From: a virus | Taxonomy: Duplodnaviria; Caudoviricetes | Length of the DNA: 64,000 nt | Strand: one strand, 5' to 3' | IMG/VR virus record: IMGVR_UViG_3300021185_003040 | Location: 59,788-123,787 of that record | Part shown: positions 19,098 through 29,924 of the stretch, one piece after another | Layout of the letters: the number at the start of each line of letters is the position of its first letter | How positions within the stretch are numbered: the first letter of the stretch is position 1 | Translations under genes and position numbers: made by a program | The notes under the pieces: model-generated | Told to the model about the DNA's origin: nothing | Databases searched by the model: none | The model's input: the letters and a program-made list of their open reading frames with translations, nothing else

Positions 19098-19793
19098 CTA
19101 TTCCTCAGTGGCCGACATCTTTGCTCTAACGAAGTGAGTTAAAAAGTAAGCGTCAACTAAATCGTCAAAGGGTTTTGGTATTTTTTTCGAAGGTCCAATT
19201 TCTTTCACACAAAAATCTAAAAGAGGATGTTCTGCTAAGACTTGATCTTCTAATACATTACCTAAAAAGGCATCCCATAATTGAGACTTATTCATGTTTC
19301 CTTTTCCAGCGTGTTTCTTAATTGTAGTAGGAGCAATGGTTTGAATGTCTAGGATTTCAAGTTGACTTAGCATTCTTTCTTTAAGTATTGCAGCTCCTGC
19401 AGCCATATCTATAATATTATTAGTTCCCATTTTCGAACCGAAAGAAGTTCCTTCAAAAGAAATAATATATTGCTTCTTTGTTTTTGTAATATCCGTTATT
19501 AAATTAATAATGTCATCTGCTGTTTTAGCGTATCTCTTTATCTTTGCTAATTCAACGCTTGAATAATCTGCACCATGTTTTCCCCAGTCGGGTTGATTAA
19601 TAAGAGTAACTCCCTTCAAATGAGATATGTCTTCTTGCCAAGCTCTTTCTTTCTTGGTTCCTTGGCCTTCTTTAATATAAGATATGAAATGATATTCGTT
19701 AGTTTCTTCTTGGTATATAAAAATACCTGGAGAGTTTAATGAAAAGTCTACTGATACGTAATTCAAATTAGAATGATTTTCCGATAGCAGCAC
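19098..19793 (-). CDS. RuvC-like Holliday junction resolvase / RNase H-fold nuclease
   Basis: VDFSLNSPG, FEG, PTTIKK..GKGN.NK and DDLVDAYF. Confidence 0.8.
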   Translation of the reverse strand: MLLSENHSNLNYVSVDFSLNSPGIFIYQEETNEYHFISYIKEGQGTKKERAWQEDISHLKGVTLINQPDWGKHGADYSSVELAKIKRYAKTADDIINLITDITKTKKQYIISFEGTSFGSKMGTNNIIDMAAGAAILKERMLSQLEILDIQTIAPTTIKKHAGKGNMNKSQLWDAFLGNVLEDQVLAEHPLLDFCVKEIGPSKKIPKPFDDLVDAYFLTHFVRAKMSATEE

Positions 19794-20136
19794 CTAATCC
19801 AGCGCCAACTAATCTTGAGGTTAATAAATCGTAAAAAATACCTTTTTGAATTCCTAAAACTTTAGCAACTGTTTTACCAATTGTTTTACCTAAAGCAAAT
19901 CCTGTAAGGCCACCAAATATAGAACCTAAGAAACCTTCATTTGTTAATTCCTCATTAAATCTTTCAAAATCAAACGTTCCATCTTCATTTGCGTACTGTC
20001 TAGTAAATTCTTCTAATGCCGCATCAACCTTTTGCTCTAATTCGTCAGTCCATTCTGACTGTAGAGATTCTTCTAATAGAGTAATTTCCTCTTTAGTTAT
20101 ATTCTCTTCGCTTAAGTATTCAAAAAATGTTTTCAT
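19768..20136 (-). CDS. Leader-tagged protein with a glycine-zipper, membrane-active C-terminus
   Basis: MKTFFEYLSEE leader, acidic N-half, then NE|GFLGSIFGGLTGFALG...GAGLGAAIG. Confidence 0.6.
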   Translation of the reverse strand: MKTFFEYLSEENITKEEITLLEESLQSEWTDELEQKVDAALEEFTRQYANEDGTFDFERFNEELTNEGFLGSIFGGLTGFALGKTIGKTVAKVLGIQKGIFYDLLTSRLVGAGLGAAIGKSF

Positions 20137-20173
20137 TATAATTGTCTATATTGTTATGGATTATATATCTCTT

Positions 20174-20731
20174 TTATTTATTATCTATTTCAGGAGTTAT
20201 ATTGAACTTGTTGTAATAAAAATTAAGGGTGAATGTAGAAAACTCCGCGACATTACTTGACATATTTAATTCCAACTCTGATATTGAATTAAGAATAGGT
20301 TTTTCGAAAACTGCACTCATTAAATGTATACCCTCAGAATCCATTATTTGAAGTTTAAGATCGTTAATAAACGGGTCTCTAACCTGTTTTGAATAATAAT
20401 ATAATAGAGTATCTTGCATTATAAAATAATTAACATATCCATCTAATAACTGAAGCTCTATAGAAAATTGTCTTTCAATAGTATTCTGTATAGGAATAGA
20501 TCCTCTGTGATATGTAATAGTTCCATCGTTAGGAGATTGTGATATTGGATCAAAATTAATCCCTGGCATACTTAAACCCTGTATTGAATAATTGATAAAA
20601 TCAATAGGTTCTTCTAGAATATTTCCCGGAATTCTATTCAAATAAGGTCTGTATTTATCAGCTACTTCCTTTGGAATAAAGGTCCTAGGGAACTTAAAGT
20701 TAAATAAGTTATTTCTACTATTTAATATCAT
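20174..20731 (-). CDS. Tail completion / tube-terminator protein (T4 gp3-like)
   Basis: QGLSMPGI and LLDGYVNY pattern of the gp3/tube fold; tail-module context. Confidence 0.55.
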   Translation of the reverse strand: MILNSRNNLFNFKFPRTFIPKEVADKYRPYLNRIPGNILEEPIDFINYSIQGLSMPGINFDPISQSPNDGTITYHRGSIPIQNTIERQFSIELQLLDGYVNYFIMQDTLLYYYSKQVRDPFINDLKLQIMDSEGIHLMSAVFEKPILNSISELELNMSSNVAEFSTFTLNFYYNKFNITPEIDNK

Positions 20732-22788
20732 TATATTATTTCTACTTTTCCGTGATACAATAGGGACTCAGTTTCTCCATTCTTTATATTAATATAGAAT
20801 TTATCTTCAAATTTATTCGTATCGGTTTTATCAAATCTAACAGCGGTTGTTTTAGGTATTTTAAAAAACACCTCTCCTAATCCTAAATCTATATTAGGAA
20901 ATGATGGATCATGTGTCATTCTTTGTTCCGTAGCACCGCTTTTAATTATTAGTACTATATTTTCTGCACTTACTAATGAAACTGCTTTTTTATCGTCTCC
21001 GAATGGTTGTGCAATATTAAATTTCACAAAGTTATCAGATACCTTAGATAATGATATCGTAGCTTTACCTTCTTCAAAAAACTTAATGTTATCTAATTCT
21101 TCAGATTCTGTTAAATCTGTTGTAACATTCGTAGCGGATGCTAATATCCCATAAGTGTCTAATGCAACTGGAACATATTTAGTTTCTCCAACACTAGGTC
21201 TAATTGAATTAACAAATTGATTTAACTCTCTATTTACTGTAGTGTTAGGAAGCTTGTTATAAATAATAGTAGGATCTACATTTCTTAGATTAATCTTTTC
21301 CATTCTAGTTCCATACTTTTTAGTATTATAAGAAGTCATGGTCGCAACTTTAATAATTTGAGTATTATCGGTTTCGTTATAAATTCTCATTGTATGTCTT
21401 ATATAAAAAGAACTGGCAATGCTAGCATTAAATATGATTGGTCTAAATGGTATTGGAGCTTCATAATTTGCAGTCTGGGTAAATGTCATAGATGAAGTAT
21501 CTAAAAAATCTAAACCTATTTGCTCACTGACTTCTATATCATGAAATATTATAATGTCATCACTTGAAGTTTGTATTCTTCCATTAATGTAATTTTCAAA
21601 ACCTTGTCTAGAACCGTCTTTAGTTCCATATACTTGAAAATAATCCATGTCTTCTACTTCTTCTATGTTGGCTGCAATATCTAAATATTCATCTTCTCTA
21701 GAAACAGTAACGTCAATCGTGTCTTCGACGTTGATATATTCTACATTTCCTTCTTCAGTTAAGGTGTTTATTAATTTTAAACTTATTTCATAGTTAGTAG
21801 AATCTAATATTGCATCTTCGTTTTCTCCAAAAAATGCGTCGTGAAAATCTTTATTCTTAGTTGAAACATCAAAATAAATTAAAGAAGGTACCTTGATTTG
21901 TATGTATTTAGAATATGAAGTATCACCTAATACGAATGAATTAGGATTACTTATTTCAAAATTAGAATGATTTAAATAAACTATAGATGTAAAATAATTA
22001 TAAACCCCTGATTCTCTTTTAACTTTTACCTGAAACATAAAACCTTCTTTGCCTCTTGCAGCAAATGAAAATCCTGTTTTTAGATGCAATCTAATCGTGT
22101 CATACCAAACATCTCCTACTATATTATCATCCACGTTTGCGAGAGAAGAATCAGTACCGTTCCACTGTGAATTATCTAAATATGCCAGATCATTTTTAAG
22201 TAAAGCCCATTTACCATCACTATTTGATGGAACCCCATAATATCTTCCAACTTCACCTGTTGCGGTTTTAATACTATTTCCAGTTTCTTGTTCTGGTTCT
22301 GCAAATAAAGGGTTAGCTCTATTTCCTACATTTATTTCTCCTCCTTTAAATGTATCTCCAGCTAAATTTTCATATGAATATTCAAATCTTCCATTAGTGC
22401 CAGGGGTATATACGTATGTATTACCTATTAATTGTGTAGTTGAACCATTTATTGTGAAGCCGGCTATATTGTCTATTGTAGAATCTGATAAATTAAATTT
22501 ATAAGTTTTGCCATTTTTAAGAACTAATTGTCTCGATGCGAAGTCATTAATAAAAACATAACCATCTTGTATCTTTACACTGAAGTTAACAACATCTGCT
22601 CCTAATTCATGAATCAAGAATCTAGAGGCTGAATCATTAGATGCCTCTGTGTTTAAAAATTTAAATTGACTTCCATTGTCGTCGTTTTCTATCTTAGCAT
22701 CATCTACATAATCAATGTTTTGATCATGGTACATGAACTCCATTAGAATGTCGTCATCTAGTCTTAAGAATTTGGATGATTGTGCCAT
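20731..22788 (-). CDS. Putative virion structural protein
   Basis: 685-aa beta-rich ORF in the tail module. Confidence 0.5.
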   Translation of the reverse strand: MAQSSKFLRLDDDILMEFMYHDQNIDYVDDAKIENDDNGSQFKFLNTEASNDSASRFLIHELGADVVNFSVKIQDGYVFINDFASRQLVLKNGKTYKFNLSDSTIDNIAGFTINGSTTQLIGNTYVYTPGTNGRFEYSYENLAGDTFKGGEINVGNRANPLFAEPEQETGNSIKTATGEVGRYYGVPSNSDGKWALLKNDLAYLDNSQWNGTDSSLANVDDNIVGDVWYDTIRLHLKTGFSFAARGKEGFMFQVKVKRESGVYNYFTSIVYLNHSNFEISNPNSFVLGDTSYSKYIQIKVPSLIYFDVSTKNKDFHDAFFGENEDAILDSTNYEISLKLINTLTEEGNVEYINVEDTIDVTVSREDEYLDIAANIEEVEDMDYFQVYGTKDGSRQGFENYINGRIQTSSDDIIIFHDIEVSEQIGLDFLDTSSMTFTQTANYEAPIPFRPIIFNASIASSFYIRHTMRIYNETDNTQIIKVATMTSYNTKKYGTRMEKINLRNVDPTIIYNKLPNTTVNRELNQFVNSIRPSVGETKYVPVALDTYGILASATNVTTDLTESEELDNIKFFEEGKATISLSKVSDNFVKFNIAQPFGDDKKAVSLVSAENIVLIIKSGATEQRMTHDPSFPNIDLGLGEVFFKIPKTTAVRFDKTDTNKFEDKFYINIKNGETESLLYHGKVEII

Positions 22789-22803
22789 TGTTTATTTATT
22801 ATT

Positions 22804-23625
22804 TTAAAATCTAAGAAATTTAGGTGACCAGTATACTCCTATACCGATTGATGGACCAGTACTTATAACTTGATTGTTATTCAAATTAATTCCATATTGA
22901 AATCCAACACCAATAGACCACCCTGCTTTTTTCTCATATTTATTATTTAATCTATCGTTAACTAAGTTTATATTTTCTATATTAGTGAACGTTACTCCTT
23001 TATATGGAGTTGTAATTTTAAGTCTGTCAAATCCTTCTTCATTAATGATGGCAGCACTTAAACCTATTCCCTGTATAATATCAAATCTAGAAGAGAATAA
23101 ATTATAATTAGTGCTATCCTTTAAAAGAGATATACTTCCTTGAAATCTTCTCCAGTTATATTTATCAAACTCCCACTTATCGTTTACGTCAACTGTTATC
23201 GTATCTATATTATTTATAGAATCTGTATCTACCGTTACAACTCCATTCGCGTTTATTATCGAATCTTTTACGTTTAGTGTTGTTGAAAGTAAATTATTAA
23301 CATTTTCTAATTCGTTATTAATATTTAATTGATTAGCATATTTAGAAACTAGTTTTTTATTGCTTTCAGTTAAAGTGTTTACATCATACTCAAAGGATCT
23401 TATACTAGAAACTAATTCTTTATTTTTATTCTTTTCAATTATAATAGTGTCTTGCGTCGCCTTATAGTTATTAAGATTTCTATCTGAAACCTGCTGAACC
23501 TGAACTATCTCTCTTTTTAAATTTTGATTAGAATTACATTGTTGTAAAAGACAGAACACCAAAATCGCAAGTCCTCCGAAAAGAATTGCGTTTTTGTAAA
23601 GTTTATATGTGTTCAGTATATTCAT
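22804..23625 (-). CDS. Spanin-like membrane-anchored coiled-coil protein
   Basis: N-terminal hydrophobic segment ending LLQQC, coiled coil, and C-terminal GWSIGVGFQYG...SIGIGVYW beta-strands. Confidence 0.55.
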   Translation of the reverse strand: MNILNTYKLYKNAILFGGLAILVFCLLQQCNSNQNLKREIVQVQQVSDRNLNNYKATQDTIIIEKNKNKELVSSIRSFEYDVNTLTESNKKLVSKYANQLNINNELENVNNLLSTTLNVKDSIINANGVVTVDTDSINNIDTITVDVNDKWEFDKYNWRRFQGSISLLKDSTNYNLFSSRFDIIQGIGLSAAIINEEGFDRLKITTPYKGVTFTNIENINLVNDRLNNKYEKKAGWSIGVGFQYGINLNNNQVISTGPSIGIGVYWSPKFLRF

Positions 23626-23641
23626 ATATTAAATCTAAATT

Positions 23642-26600
23642 TTATCCTGAGAACTCTCCGGTTCCGTCGCCGTTTTCTGCGCCACCGTTTGTGTTTGTTG
23701 CCTTTTTATTATTTCCTCCAAGAGGCTGTATGTTACCCGGTGCCTGTGTGGCCCAATTTGAAGCATTACTACTGTCGGTGTATTGACCTCCGTTGGCATA
23801 TAAAAAATGTCCAAATAAAAGAGCAATATTATCTCCTGGATTTGATGCATTATAATTTAGAATTTGATCTACTACTGACGAATCTAAAAGAACCTTAAAT
23901 TCCACTGTTTGATATCTTCTAAACATGATGTCTTCTTGTCCAAACCTCCATGAATGTGAATCCATGAAAGAAGTACCCGCTGCTTCTGTACTACCCACAG
24001 TCACATTATATCCTCCTTGTAGAGCCGTTCTACCTCCCATATAATTGAATCCATATTCGTATGGACCATACGGATTCGTACCGCTATTATTATTTCCTGT
24101 ACCTCTAGCTTGGCCGTCGTCATAATGTACAGCTCTCCAATGATCATCTCCTTCGTCGTATGTATATGGATCTAAATATTGTACAACATCATTTGCCGTA
24201 ATACCTAGAGAGGGGTATTGTGATTGTATTTCTGATAGGTTAAACGTAGTTATCACAGGTAATAAAATTTGATCTGCCGCACTATTCCCATTATTGGTTA
24301 TAGGGTCGATTGCAACCTGTATAGGCTGGGTGTATATTCCTTTACGACTAACTAGTGAATCTCCTGCAGAAATTGTCATAGCCGGAGGATAAATTCTTGA
24401 GATGTATGATTCACTATCATACCATTCGTCATCAGCTAAAGCATTTCCAGTTCTATCTGAATCATAACATCCGGAAAATGAGTCTGGATACATTCCACCT
24501 CCACTTGGATTTGGAAAGTTAACCCATGGAGTCGCCGGATATTGCGCATCATAGCTGCTAATTGCATTCTCATTAGAATCCGGTAATCTTACGAAATATC
24601 CCTCCACAGCAGAAAGGTTTGAAATTCCGCGCCATGATGAATCTGCTAACCTAGCTCCAACTGGATTAGGATATGCTGCGGAAGGCGTTACAGTGTTTCC
24701 ATATATGTCAGTGACACTAGAAGTTGAAACGCTCGTTAACATTGGATTTATAGTATACCAATGTCCGGTTAGACTGTAGCCGACGCCATCTGCATAATAA
24801 AATACATCACCTGCTACATAAGTAGCTCCGGTGCTAAAAGTACCTCTGTCATTCCATGTTCCAGTAACAAATGCTGGAGATGGTACTGCGTATGGTGTTG
24901 ATGTAGGCTGATTTGGATTTGGCAACCTATATTCGTTCCAATTAACAAACCATGAATAATGATCTAGTGATGAATAAAAACCCAAAAGATTACTGTTATC
25001 GTTATCACTACCTGTTTGGTACCATGCTTTTCCTTTCATTTGCACAGTTAAAATTAAATTTTCACCATACTCTAAATTATGCGATCCTATTGTGTCAACC
25101 ACATAAGTAAAATCACTTTCATCATGATCTAATATTTTTACACTTCCGAATCTATACCTAAGTTGTTTAGTCAATGCCTGGTCAGCTGTTGGTTGAGATG
25201 TGTCCATTCTAGTTTGCTCCATTGCAAACTCATATTGTGCATTAACTGGGGCCATCGATGGCTTTTGCCATCCAAGTACGCCACCGCTCTCTGGATCTAC
25301 ACCGCCTCCACTTAAAATAGTGGATTTGGTGGCATTAAAGAAATCTATTGTTGCCGGTGGAGCTCCTGCTGCTTTAAAGTAGAATCCAGGTAGACCTAAA
25401 TAAATAAGTTGTGGAGTTCTAACAATTTTATAAACTATATGATCTTCGGGTATGCTTGATGGTTCTGCCATTCCGACCGATTCATCACCTGTTACATAAG
25501 TATCTGTAAGAGTACTTCCATTTTGATTCATTGTTGCATAACTTCCTCCTAATACATTAAGAGCAACCGGTCCTGAAGTAGTATTACCGTCAGGTGTTGT
25601 TATACTATAATTAAACGAATTTAAATTTGGAACCGTATACGATTCTCCATTTTGACCTACCCATGTTTCACCATTACAGAGATACCATCCTTCATATTCA
25701 GTACCTGCAATCCCTGCTCCAATTTCTATCTCTATATTATCCGGATTTGTTCCACTATCAATATATGTTTGAATGTTCTGAGACTGTATAAAGTTATTTG
25801 TATCTTCGTAAATAGAAGGTAAGAATGATATTATCGTTCCTATTGGTATTCCTGCTCCAATTTCTTCAGGTGTTTTAAAACCTATCGTACCATCATTATC
25901 TAGAGAAACTGCTATTTTTCCTGCAGCGGGATCAGTTCCTGGGGTAGAACTAGGACCTATGTCTATTTTAAATATTGATCCAACAAAATGAGCACTTCCT
26001 GTAGAAACAAAATTACCAGTAAACAATGCACCATTATTAGCGTCCATTGTTAATATGTTGTTATCGCTTAAATCTTTAAATTTAAAAGAATCAGCTCTAT
26101 AGTTTATATTTTTTTGAACACCTGTAGTCTCATTAAACCCAATATTTAAATTATATCTGTTTAGTGAATTACCATAGCTTGCATCAAAGTAAGTATCTGT
26201 TGTTAAATCAAAATCAGCATATATTCCTTGTGAATTATTAGAAACTAATCTAATATTAGAATCTACATATTGGTCGTTTTTATTTACTACTAATTGTGCT
26301 CTATATATAGGAGAACTGGAATTTTGAATATCACCATATTCTGGATAATCGGTTGTAAATCCTAATAATACAGTAGGTGAATGATCATTCTGTGTACTGC
26401 TAATAGTATCGACTGGAACTATTGTTTGTATATTTAAGCTTGATGTTTGATACACTACACCATCTTTCCAGAAATTAGAAACAGATGTATTAATAGGTCC
26501 TTGAGGACCTTGATCTCCACCAGTACCCTGAGGGCCTTGATCACCAGCCACACCTTGCATCCCAGTTTCTCCAATTGGACCAGTAGATCCCATTGGACCA

Positions 26601-26701
26601 CCTCCATTGGCAACTAATTGATCAAAATTATAATTAATTTTATCAAGTCTTTCCTGTTGCGAATCAGATTCTAATATCTGTTTTAAATTTGGTATAGGCA
26701 T
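23642..26701 (-). CDS. Tail fibre with collagen-like repeats and a collar-like domain
   Basis: G-X-Y run; PIGTII...GWYLCNG...VPNL collar motif. Confidence 0.8.
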   Translation of the reverse strand: MPIPNLKQILESDSQQERLDKINYNFDQLVANGGGPMGSTGPIGETGMQGVAGDQGPQGTGGDQGPQGPINTSVSNFWKDGVVYQTSSLNIQTIVPVDTISSTQNDHSPTVLLGFTTDYPEYGDIQNSSSPIYRAQLVVNKNDQYVDSNIRLVSNNSQGIYADFDLTTDTYFDASYGNSLNRYNLNIGFNETTGVQKNINYRADSFKFKDLSDNNILTMDANNGALFTGNFVSTGSAHFVGSIFKIDIGPSSTPGTDPAAGKIAVSLDNDGTIGFKTPEEIGAGIPIGTIISFLPSIYEDTNNFIQSQNIQTYIDSGTNPDNIEIEIGAGIAGTEYEGWYLCNGETWVGQNGESYTVPNLNSFNYSITTPDGNTTSGPVALNVLGGSYATMNQNGSTLTDTYVTGDESVGMAEPSSIPEDHIVYKIVRTPQLIYLGLPGFYFKAAGAPPATIDFFNATKSTILSGGGVDPESGGVLGWQKPSMAPVNAQYEFAMEQTRMDTSQPTADQALTKQLRYRFGSVKILDHDESDFTYVVDTIGSHNLEYGENLILTVQMKGKAWYQTGSDNDNSNLLGFYSSLDHYSWFVNWNEYRLPNPNQPTSTPYAVPSPAFVTGTWNDRGTFSTGATYVAGDVFYYADGVGYSLTGHWYTINPMLTSVSTSSVTDIYGNTVTPSAAYPNPVGARLADSSWRGISNLSAVEGYFVRLPDSNENAISSYDAQYPATPWVNFPNPSGGGMYPDSFSGCYDSDRTGNALADDEWYDSESYISRIYPPAMTISAGDSLVSRKGIYTQPIQVAIDPITNNGNSAADQILLPVITTFNLSEIQSQYPSLGITANDVVQYLDPYTYDEGDDHWRAVHYDDGQARGTGNNNSGTNPYGPYEYGFNYMGGRTALQGGYNVTVGSTEAAGTSFMDSHSWRFGQEDIMFRRYQTVEFKVLLDSSVVDQILNYNASNPGDNIALLFGHFLYANGGQYTDSSNASNWATQAPGNIQPLGGNNKKATNTNGGAENGDGTGEFSG

Positions 26702-26745
26702 TACTTAAATCTTTATTTATTTAGTATATATCTTAATTTATTTCT

Positions 26746-29700
26746 TTAGTCTATCGGCATTATTGTTGGGCTATCCCCGGTCATATCTTCGTCATAATAC
26801 AATTCTACATTAACGTTGCTTCCACCTATTGCATTTTGCCCAGACTGTTGCCATGATTCAACAAACTCTAGAGAAAACTCCCAATTATCGCTAAGGCTTG
26901 TATTTCCAGGAATACTACCCATAGGCAGCCATGCATTTCCACCGCCGCCAGTTGGGGATAAACATGACCCACCGCCCGTGAATATCCAATTGTTAGATGG
27001 GTTATCCTGAACACATCCATTGTTGGAACCATTACCAATAATACCTTTAATAAATTCAAATTTATATCCTGCAGCATCCGGATCCTGTATTTTAAGGAAT
27101 AAGTATACTGTATTACTAAAGTTATTAACTATTCTACCGTGCGTCATAACTGAATCTCCGGCCTGATCACCTATCGCTGGATACGATGAAGGCGAGTCAT
27201 TATCGCTATTATAGTATATTGATCCTGAAGGTGGTGGAGGCGGTCCGCCACAGCTTTCTGGCATACCAGTGAAACCTGAGTCTGTGCCTATGTTCCAATA
27301 TACTGAATCTTGTTTCTGCCCTTCTCCTATTAAAGGGAAGGCATTTGTCATGTTAGGTGATGATGTGTTATCTAATACCTTCTGTAATGGATATTTTCCT
27401 AAATCCTGAACAGAGCTTAAACCTACGATAGGAGATTGTCCTAATGGAACGTAAATTTTTACGTTTTCTCCAAGATGACCTCGAACACTATTATCTAAAT
27501 CAGTTTGATTATCATTAGATGCAAATTCATTATTATAATTAAATCTTTCTGTCATTGATGTAGGGTAATCTCCACTAAAGAAACATACATGTTTATTAAT
27601 ACCATCGCATACTGCAGTTGATGCTCCGGCTCCTGATGCTAATGTAAATTTAGTAGACCACAAATGAAAGTTACCGTGTAGAGTTTCTCCTAAGAATCCA
27701 TTCTCAGATGGTCCACCCCAATATTTAGATAGTGTAGGGTAATATGAATTTCCCGTATAAGGATCTCCATTGTATGTAAATGCATCTGTATATGCTATTG
27801 ATCTGTACCATCCCTGCGCCGGTTTAACTATTTGATTATCGTTATCTACTTTCCATATATGGGTGGCATAATCATCATACCATTCCCATGTATTTTGGCT
27901 CGTTGAAGCCGGGTGATTATCATAATTAAATGAACAATAATATTCTGTTATAGTGGCGTTTGAATAGACACTTCTTCCGGAAGCAATACCTCCATTATTT
28001 ATCGCATCAATAATAGTTTGTTCTGTCACAGGGTCTCCAGATTGATTGCTACTATTACCGGCAGACTTTCCAAACATATAGTCCTTGTCTCCTTCTACGT
28101 CTTTTATAGATTCTCCGTATGCAAAATATTTATTTTGAGGATTTGCATAAACACTATCTCCACTCGTGATTCCTTGTCCGTAAATATATTTTTTAGATTG
28201 TCCATCGATGTGAATATAACAATCCTGTAACTCTATTCCATTTTTGTAAAATCTTTCTCCAGCATTTGAGCTTCCACCCCATTCTTGTGAAATTGATTGA
28301 CCATTTTGTCCTCCGGTCCATTGTAGAGAATCAGTGGCTTTAGTAGCAGCATAAAGGGCTGAGACATCTTTTAGTGTTCCACCATAATTGCTATTTTCTA
28401 TTGGATGCCAAGACGCACTTACTCCATTTAAAGTTATTCCAGAATTATCATTACCCCATTCATACCCGACGCTCCCGAGTCTAATTATAGAAACTTGATC
28501 ACCCATTTTATCATACATGTTATGGTTTTCATCAGCTGAATTACTTTGGAGAAGATATACATAATTTGGATTAGCATTAGGATAACCATTAATTACACTA
28601 TCCGATACACCAGCTCCCATTCCAGCTCCATAAAGACCACCTAGTAATACATGTTGCTGGTGTACAAGTGTACCATTATTGACGTTATCTGTTCCATCTG
28701 GGGAAATTCCGGAAATATTATATTCAAATGTCATAATATCTGGAGTAGCATACGATATACCACCTCCATCTCCCCATGCTTGGCCGTGACATAAATACCA
28801 TCCAGAATACATACCATATCCTGCTCCAAAGTTAGATGAGAAATTATGTGCACCATTACTGTAACCTATATAAGAGGTAGTGGAGTCGTTTAAGTAAAAG
28901 TTTTGATTAAATATGTCAACGGGTATCTTTGTTATACTACCAAGCGGCATTGAATTAAATACAATTCCCGGGTTAATCCAACTTACAGTTCCTTCTGTAT
29001 CTGCAGATATTAATACGTTATTAGTATTTGCAAGCACGTCGTATTTTATATTACCTACTGTAAACTTTATTTCTTGACCATTACTTTCTACTTTTATTTT
29101 TTCTTCAAAGTTAGAAAGAGTTCCAATTGTCTGGATTACATTACTCCCGGAACTATTATATGATTCTATATTGGTAAATGTAGACTTGTGATTAATATTG
29201 TATTTTCCCCATGGTTGAGCCGGCACTGGAGTTGATATTGCAAAAGCAGCGGCGTTATCATCGACTCCTATAAATAAAGTAGAATTTGTCGGTGGATCTC
29301 CATTTACTGGGTCTACATTCTCCTGTAGCGATATTCTAAAGGATCTATATTCCCAGAAAGGATCCCATGTCGGAGATCCTGGAGGAGGTGTCATCGTTAA
29401 TTTAATAGAATCAAACTGAGATTCACTAGATTGTATTGCATATTGTCCGTCTGAAAATCTTGAATTAGTTACTACTGTTAATTGTGCCTTGGAAGATGGT
29501 GCGTTTGCAAAATCTTGATCATTATAATATGGACTTAAATACTCTCCAGTTGCACTATCTAGATGTGCACTTGCACCTATAATTACAACCGGATTAACAT
29601 TTGCAGATTGATAGAGAGTTTCGTCAGCCTTTGGATATAATATAGGATATTGTGTGCTAGCTCCATTAAGAAACCATCTTCCTCCAACTGGAGGACCTTC

Positions 29701-29922
29701 TATTCCCTGTGGACCCTGTGGACCTTGTGATCCAATCTCCCCATTTTCTCCTTTATCGCCGTCTATCCCATTATCACCTTCTAACCCTAAAGGACCAGCA
29801 GGTCCTCCATTCGCAAGAAGCTTAAAATTATAATTAATTTTATCTATTTTATGCTTTGACCACCATTCACTGCTGTTTGGATCTAGATCGCTTTTAAAAA
29901 GTTCTTTGATTCTTATATTCAT
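26746..29922 (-). CDS. Tail fibre, paralogue of 23642-26701
   Basis: Shared DKINYNF..L.ANGG motif, G-X-Y run, PLGSI...GWYLCHG...TPD. Confidence 0.8.
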   Translation of the reverse strand: MNIRIKELFKSDLDPNSSEWWSKHKIDKINYNFKLLANGGPAGPLGLEGDNGIDGDKGENGEIGSQGPQGPQGIEGPPVGGRWFLNGASTQYPILYPKADETLYQSANVNPVVIIGASAHLDSATGEYLSPYYNDQDFANAPSSKAQLTVVTNSRFSDGQYAIQSSESQFDSIKLTMTPPPGSPTWDPFWEYRSFRISLQENVDPVNGDPPTNSTLFIGVDDNAAAFAISTPVPAQPWGKYNINHKSTFTNIESYNSSGSNVIQTIGTLSNFEEKIKVESNGQEIKFTVGNIKYDVLANTNNVLISADTEGTVSWINPGIVFNSMPLGSITKIPVDIFNQNFYLNDSTTSYIGYSNGAHNFSSNFGAGYGMYSGWYLCHGQAWGDGGGISYATPDIMTFEYNISGISPDGTDNVNNGTLVHQQHVLLGGLYGAGMGAGVSDSVINGYPNANPNYVYLLQSNSADENHNMYDKMGDQVSIIRLGSVGYEWGNDNSGITLNGVSASWHPIENSNYGGTLKDVSALYAATKATDSLQWTGGQNGQSISQEWGGSSNAGERFYKNGIELQDCYIHIDGQSKKYIYGQGITSGDSVYANPQNKYFAYGESIKDVEGDKDYMFGKSAGNSSNQSGDPVTEQTIIDAINNGGIASGRSVYSNATITEYYCSFNYDNHPASTSQNTWEWYDDYATHIWKVDNDNQIVKPAQGWYRSIAYTDAFTYNGDPYTGNSYYPTLSKYWGGPSENGFLGETLHGNFHLWSTKFTLASGAGASTAVCDGINKHVCFFSGDYPTSMTERFNYNNEFASNDNQTDLDNSVRGHLGENVKIYVPLGQSPIVGLSSVQDLGKYPLQKVLDNTSSPNMTNAFPLIGEGQKQDSVYWNIGTDSGFTGMPESCGGPPPPPSGSIYYNSDNDSPSSYPAIGDQAGDSVMTHGRIVNNFSNTVYLFLKIQDPDAAGYKFEFIKGIIGNGSNNGCVQDNPSNNWIFTGGGSCLSPTGGGGNAWLPMGSIPGNTSLSDNWEFSLEFVESWQQSGQNAIGGSNVNVELYYDEDMTGDSPTIMPID

Positions 29923-29924
29923 TA

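Noticed and set aside
26490-26610. GC-richer periodic sequence (also near 29690-29810)
   Set aside because: Explained by collagen-like G-X-Y codons.
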